64,000 bases of DNA, from positions 64,001 through 128,000 of IMG/VR virus record IMGVR_UViG_3300033074_000711; one strand, written 5' to 3'. A program made the translations under genes and the position numbers. Of the stretch, positions 59,569 to 64,000 are shown in pieces. Below the pieces are notes generated by a model, which was not told the DNA's origin, ran no database searches, and was given only the letters and a program-made list of their open reading frames with translations. The stretch comes from a virus (lineage: Duplodnaviria; Caudoviricetes). Position 1 is the first letter of the stretch. The number at the start of each line of letters is the position of its first letter.

Positions 59569-60213
59569 ATGAAAAAAGACGAATTTACATATGATATTAA
59601 AAAAGTTCACGCAATTTTAAGGGGTGAAGAACCAACATTAAATATTTATCAAAATAATTTTGTAAAGAGTTTCGATAAATTAGAAGATAAAATTAATATA
59701 GATGGTGTTGAATATGAAGTTTTTACAGATAGTGAAAAAAAATATATAAAAAGAAATGGTGTAAATGTAGATATTAAATTTTTTGAAAATTCTGGTGTTT
59801 CAAAACTAACATGTCCAAAGTGTAAAAAAATATTTTCACATAAATTTGATAAATTTTATTACTCAAAAACAAATATGTGTTACTCATGTTTTATAAAATT
59901 TCAAACAGAGATGTTGATAGAAGATAAATGGTACGAATATGAAGAGGAACAAATTTTAAAAAGTAAATTATCATTTGCAAAAGAAACGCTACAAACGGTT
60001 AATGATATTTTAAATGGTGGTATAAAAAAACAATATTCATATGTTAAAAATGAATCTGGTGAAGTTGAATATTGGGAAAATGAAAAATATTCAGAGGAAT
60101 TAGAATTTTTTGATAAAGAAAAAAAATATTTAGAAAATATAATTGAATTAATTCAAAAATATTTAAATAAAGAAATAACAGCAGAAGAATATGATGAAAA
60201 AATAAAAAAATAA
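59569..60213 (+). CDS. Zinc-binding hypothetical protein
   Basis: CPKC...MCYSC. Confidence 0.65.
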   Translation: MKKDEFTYDIKKVHAILRGEEPTLNIYQNNFVKSFDKLEDKINIDGVEYEVFTDSEKKYIKRNGVNVDIKFFENSGVSKLTCPKCKKIFSHKFDKFYYSKTNMCYSCFIKFQTEMLIEDKWYEYEEEQILKSKLSFAKETLQTVNDILNGGIKKQYSYVKNESGEVEYWENEKYSEELEFFDKEKKYLENIIELIQKYLNKEITAEEYDEKIKK

Positions 60214-60226
60214 TTTTCATTAACTA

Positions 60227-60255
60227 TTTACTTTTTATAAAAAATGTGTTATATT
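60227..60255 (+). promoter_or_regulatory. Sigma70-like early promoter TTTACT-N17-TATATT
   Basis: Recurrent motif. Confidence 0.75.
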
Positions 60256-60291
60256 ATATATGTAAATTAAATTAATTATTGAGGTTACAAA

Positions 60292-60477
60292 ATGGAAGAC
60301 GCAAACAAAGAAAACAAAGCAAAACAACAAAATTGGTATGAAGTTTTCTCATATTTAGGAAAGCATCTCGGTTATGTAGTAGCTCAAAATAAAAAAGATG
60401 CTGGAAATATTGCTGTAGAGAAGTTCGGCAATGGAGTTTTCACCAAAAGGTGTTATAATGGTGGAGTTAGAGGTTAA
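60292..60477 (+). CDS. Small early hypothetical protein
   Basis: GAGG RBS, downstream of promoter. Confidence 0.65.
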   Translation: MEDANKENKAKQQNWYEVFSYLGKHLGYVVAQNKKDAGNIAVEKFGNGVFTKRCYNGGVRG

Positions 60478-60490
60478 TATCCTCTAACTT
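60465..60490 (+). other. RNA hairpin at gene end
   Basis: Stem AGTTAGAGG / CCTCTAACT, no U-tract. Confidence 0.5.
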
Positions 60491-60516
60491 GGGAAAATAA
60501 TAAAAAAGAGGTTACT

Positions 60517-60756
60517 ATGTTAGAAATTCAAATATTAAAAGAAGAAATAAACAAAGTTGATTTATACAAAAAAGTTCAAAAAGCATTTGTTGGAGCTTTC
60601 ATAAATGGCTTTGATTATGTTGGTATAAAAGAAAACGAACAAACGTTTCACTTTTGTTTTAATGAAACATATTGTAAAAACTTCAACTATAAAATATTTC
60701 AAGATTTAGGTGAAGCAGTTACATACGTGTTTAAAAAACATAATAATATGTTATGA
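60517..60756 (+). CDS. Small hypothetical protein
   Basis: GAGG RBS. Confidence 0.6.
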   Translation: MLEIQILKEEINKVDLYKKVQKAFVGAFINGFDYVGIKENEQTFHFCFNETYCKNFNYKIFQDLGEAVTYVFKKHNNML

Positions 60757-60817
60757 CTATATTATTAATAATTTTAACAGCTTTTTCCGCTTATAATTAA
60801 TTTTTTAAAGGATATAA

Positions 60818-61915
60818 GTGAAATTAACAAGAGAGCAAATAAAGACGCTAAATAGTTATGTTGAAAATGGTTATATAAATAAAAGAAAACACCCAGAGTG
60901 TAATTTGTATTTATATAAATATTCGGTTAAACAATCTTTTGCACCATATAATGAATGGTGTGAAATAATTAAAATGTGTAGAGGTTTGATATTAACTGAA
61001 GATTATAATATTGTTGCAAAACCATTTGAAAAATTTTTTAATTTACATGAAGAAAATATAAAAGTTGATGAAAGTATATTAAATTATGAATTAATAGAAA
61101 AATTAGATGGTTCGTTAATAATAACATATTTTAATCCAATACTAAATAAATTTGAATGCACAACAACAGGTTCATTTGAATCTGAACAAGCTAAAATGGC
61201 GAATGATATTTTAATTAATAATAATATTTATGAAAAGTTATATATGTCATATACATATTGTTTTGAGTTAATACATCCAGAAAATAGAATAGTTGTAGAT
61301 TATGGTGATATAAAAGATGTGATTTTGTTAGGTGTATTTGATATAAATACTGGCAAAAAGGTTATAGAAAAATTAGATGGTGTAAAAAATCCTAAAAAAT
61401 ATAAATTTAATAATTTAAATGAATTAAATAATTTTTTACAAAATTCTAAAAACTTTGAAGGATTTGTAATAGAAACAGACGATAAAAAGTTACATAAATT
61501 AAAAACGCAGGAGTACATTAAATTACACTATTTAAAAAATCAATTAAATAAAAAATCAGCATTTGATTTATACTATGATAGTTTAGGTTCATTAGAAAGT
61601 GTCAAAAATTATGATATACAAGAAATAAATGATTATTATTCTAAAGAATTTAAAAACATAAAAAATATTTTAGATAATGAATTAAATATAATAAATGATT
61701 TATATAATAAATACATAGAACAAAATTTTAAAATTATACAAAACTTAACAGAAGTAGAAAAAAATAAACATTTTGCATTATATGTTATAGGAAAAACACC
61801 TAAGCAATATCATAGTTTATTATTCGAGTTTAAAAATAAAAAATCATTTGATAAATTTGCACAAAAAGTATTAAAGTTGTTAATAAAAAATATTTATTTA
61901 CAGGAGATGAATTAA
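60818..61915 (+). CDS. RNA ligase (T4 Rnl1-like)
   Basis: CRGLI, KPFEKFFN, EKLDGS, FELI, EGFVI, KLK..EY. Confidence 0.92.
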   Translation: MKLTREQIKTLNSYVENGYINKRKHPECNLYLYKYSVKQSFAPYNEWCEIIKMCRGLILTEDYNIVAKPFEKFFNLHEENIKVDESILNYELIEKLDGSLIITYFNPILNKFECTTTGSFESEQAKMANDILINNNIYEKLYMSYTYCFELIHPENRIVVDYGDIKDVILLGVFDINTGKKVIEKLDGVKNPKKYKFNNLNELNNFLQNSKNFEGFVIETDDKKLHKLKTQEYIKLHYLKNQLNKKSAFDLYYDSLGSLESVKNYDIQEINDYYSKEFKNIKNILDNELNIINDLYNKYIEQNFKIIQNLTEVEKNKHFALYVIGKTPKQYHSLLFEFKNKKSFDKFAQKVLKLLIKNIYLQEMN

Positions 61916-62802
61916 TGCAATTTATAGAGTTATTATATGGGTTACCTGGTTCTGGAAAATCTAAATATGCTAAAGAAAAGGTTAGAGAAGATAGTACATA
62001 TAAAAGAGTTAATAAAGATGATATTAGAGAATTGCTGTTTAGTTCAGTTTTTAATAAAGAGAATGAAAAATTAACAATAAACATTAGAGATACATTAATT
62101 TATGAATTATTAAATAAAGGTTACAATGTTATAGTTGATGATACTAACTTTCCATTTGGTGGTGAACATTATCAAACTATTTGTAATATTGCCAAAAATC
62201 ATGGTAATGTAATGGTTATTGAAAAATATATTGATATTGATTTAGAAACAGCAATAAAAAATAATAAAGGAGAGTTTAGAAAAGAAATACCAGAAAATGT
62301 TATTATAAATATGTATAATAAATATATTAAAAATAAAAATTACCAAACTAGTTCTGTATTTTTCGAAAAAAGTAAAAAGGTTGAAAATAATAGTAACTTA
62401 CAAAATTGTGTTATTGTAGATATTGATGGTACATTAGCTTATAACACTAATAGAAATATTTATGATTATGATAATGTTATAACTGATGATGTTAATAAAA
62501 ATTTAGTATATTTATTAAATTCTTTACAAAATGTTCAAATATTATTATTAACAGGTAGACCAGAAGATTGTAGAAAACAAACCAAAGAATGGTTATATAA
62601 AAATAATATCAATTATCATGTTTTATTTATGAGAGATATTAATAATAATGAATCAGATTTTATCATAAAGCAAAAAATTTACAATCAATGTATTAAACCA
62701 TTGTTTAACTGCTTATGTATTTTTGAAGATAGGAAAAGAAACATAGATATGTGGCGTGGTATCGGCTTAGAAGCTTATCAAGTTAAATATGGTAATTATT
62801 AA
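61915..62802 (+). CDS. pseT: Polynucleotide 5'-kinase/3'-phosphatase (T4 PseT-like)
   Basis: GLPGSGKS, DDIR, DDTN; HAD motifs DIDGT, TGR, FEDR. Confidence 0.92.
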   Translation: MQFIELLYGLPGSGKSKYAKEKVREDSTYKRVNKDDIRELLFSSVFNKENEKLTINIRDTLIYELLNKGYNVIVDDTNFPFGGEHYQTICNIAKNHGNVMVIEKYIDIDLETAIKNNKGEFRKEIPENVIINMYNKYIKNKNYQTSSVFFEKSKKVENNSNLQNCVIVDIDGTLAYNTNRNIYDYDNVITDDVNKNLVYLLNSLQNVQILLLTGRPEDCRKQTKEWLYKNNINYHVLFMRDINNNESDFIIKQKIYNQCIKPLFNCLCIFEDRKRNIDMWRGIGLEAYQVKYGNY

Positions 62803-62803
62803 T

Positions 62804-63946
62804 ATGGATTTAAATTATGAATTAAAAAAATGGTTTGGTTATGATGAATTTAAAGAATATCAAAAAGAAATAATAAATGATATTTTAAATAAGAAAAATG
62901 TTTTAGCCGTATTACCAACGGGTTATGGAAAATCTCTATGTTATCAATTACCTTCAGTTTTAATAGATGGATTAACATTAGTTATTAGCCCATTATTAAG
63001 TTTAATGCAAGACCAAATAGATAAACTAAATGAAAGAAATATACCATGTGCAACCTTAAATTCATTTACAGATATAGAAGATAAAAGTATAATAAAGCAA
63101 AATTTGAAAGAAAATAAAATAAAAATTTTATATATTTCACCTGAATTCTGTCAAAATTTAAGAGTAATAAATTATTTAAAATCATTAAATATTTCACTAT
63201 TAGTAATAGATGAAGCACATTGTATAACAGAGTGGGGTTATGATTTTAGACCTTCATATACAAAAACGTTATCACTATTAACAAAAGTATTATCATGTAA
63301 TTGTTTGGCTGTTACAGCAACAGCAACTAAAAAAACTAGAGATGATATTAAAAAAATTTTAAGATTTGAAAACTTTTCTGAATATATTGGTAATTTCGAT
63401 AGACCTAATTTAAATATAAGTGTTATAAAAAATTTAGATAAGGATGCATTTTTATTAGATTTAATTTCTAATTACAAAAACAAAACAGGTATAATTTATT
63501 GCTTATCACAAAAAGATACACATTATTTAAGCGGTATGTTAAATTCAAATAATATTAAATCTTTACCATATAACGCTGGCATGACAAGAGAAGATAGAAT
63601 TGATGCTCAAGAAAAGTTTATTAATGATGATATTAATGTTATTTGTGCAACAACAGCATTTGGTATGGGTATAGATAAACCTGATATAAGATTTATAATA
63701 CATCATACATTACCGTTATCAACAGAGAGTTATTATCAACAAATAGGTAGAGCAGGTAGAGATGGTAAAAAATCAGATTGTATTTTAATATACTCATATA
63801 ATGATATTAAAAAGGTTATTTGGTTATTGAACAGAGGTGCTAATATAAATGATGTTGAATATAAATTATTATTATTTAATAAATTTAAAAATATTGTTGA
63901 AAGAGGATTGAAGAGAGAAGATTTATTAAACTATTTTAATAATTAA
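62804..63946 (+). CDS. recQ: RecQ-family helicase (helicase core only)
   Basis: LPTGYGKSLCYQLP, DEAHC...WGYDFRP, TAT, AFGMGIDKPDIR, QQIGRAGRDG. Confidence 0.93.
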   Translation: MDLNYELKKWFGYDEFKEYQKEIINDILNKKNVLAVLPTGYGKSLCYQLPSVLIDGLTLVISPLLSLMQDQIDKLNERNIPCATLNSFTDIEDKSIIKQNLKENKIKILYISPEFCQNLRVINYLKSLNISLLVIDEAHCITEWGYDFRPSYTKTLSLLTKVLSCNCLAVTATATKKTRDDIKKILRFENFSEYIGNFDRPNLNISVIKNLDKDAFLLDLISNYKNKTGIIYCLSQKDTHYLSGMLNSNNIKSLPYNAGMTREDRIDAQEKFINDDINVICATTAFGMGIDKPDIRFIIHHTLPLSTESYYQQIGRAGRDGKKSDCILIYSYNDIKKVIWLLNRGANINDVEYKLLLFNKFKNIVERGLKREDLLNYFNN

Positions 63947-63965
63947 TAAATATTTTAATTAACTA

Positions 63966-63994
63966 TTTACTTTTTAATTAAATTTTATTATATT
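63966..63994 (+). promoter_or_regulatory. Sigma70-like early promoter TTTACT-N17-TATATT
   Basis: Recurrent motif; downstream gene is outside the window. Confidence 0.7.
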
Positions 63995-64000
63995 ATATAT

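Noticed and set aside
2413-62084. Opposite-strand shadow ORFs in the track (e.g. 2413+, 8261+, 12650+, 29200-, 30471-, 36385-, 55287-)
   Set aside because: They lie antisense within well-supported genes and show the L/F/I/S-rich composition typical of AT-rich antisense frames
1-64000. Genome-wide stop-codon reassignment (TGA or TAG)
   Set aside because: Long conserved genes are intact in code 11, TGA and TAG end genes at sensible positions, and only one internal TGA was found
1-64000. Complete DGR cassette (RT, TR, Avd)
   Set aside because: No RT-like ORF and no second copy of the VR were found by eye in this window
1-64000. tRNA or rRNA genes
   Set aside because: Intergenic gaps are short and AT-rich with no cloverleaf or T-loop signature seen; a tRNAscan run would be definitive

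Overview
A 64 kb, very AT-rich segment of a large tailed (myovirus-like) bacteriophage genome, read in standard code 11. The left arm (1-21290, minus strand) carries glycosyltransferases, a T4-like replisome (PolB, clamp, two clamp-loader subunits) and nucleotide metabolism genes (dUTPase, ThyX, class II RNR). An AT-rich divergent gap with an 8-bp tandem repeat separates it from the right arm (21642-64000, plus strand): fibre and head-spike proteins, a gp55-like sigma factor, baseplate and other virion genes, resolvase, primase, an Mre11-Rad50 fusion, RNA ligase, PNK and RecQ. Main findings: (1) nrdJ is fractured at its catalytic Cys by a free-standing endonuclease. The associated split intein is atypical: it is split between blocks F and G, ends in Asp, and has a small Hint-like Cys...Asn/Ser module nested at the split. 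(2) An RcGTA-like head-spike base is followed by a two-site adaptor and two payload proteins, one ending in a DGR-type variable repeat with no template repeat or reverse transcriptase in the window. (3) A family of small late proteins shares a leader ending in LxE. (4) One gene has a single in-frame TGA. (5) Two recurrent promoter classes are visible. All family assignments come from motif recognition by eye; no database searches were run.
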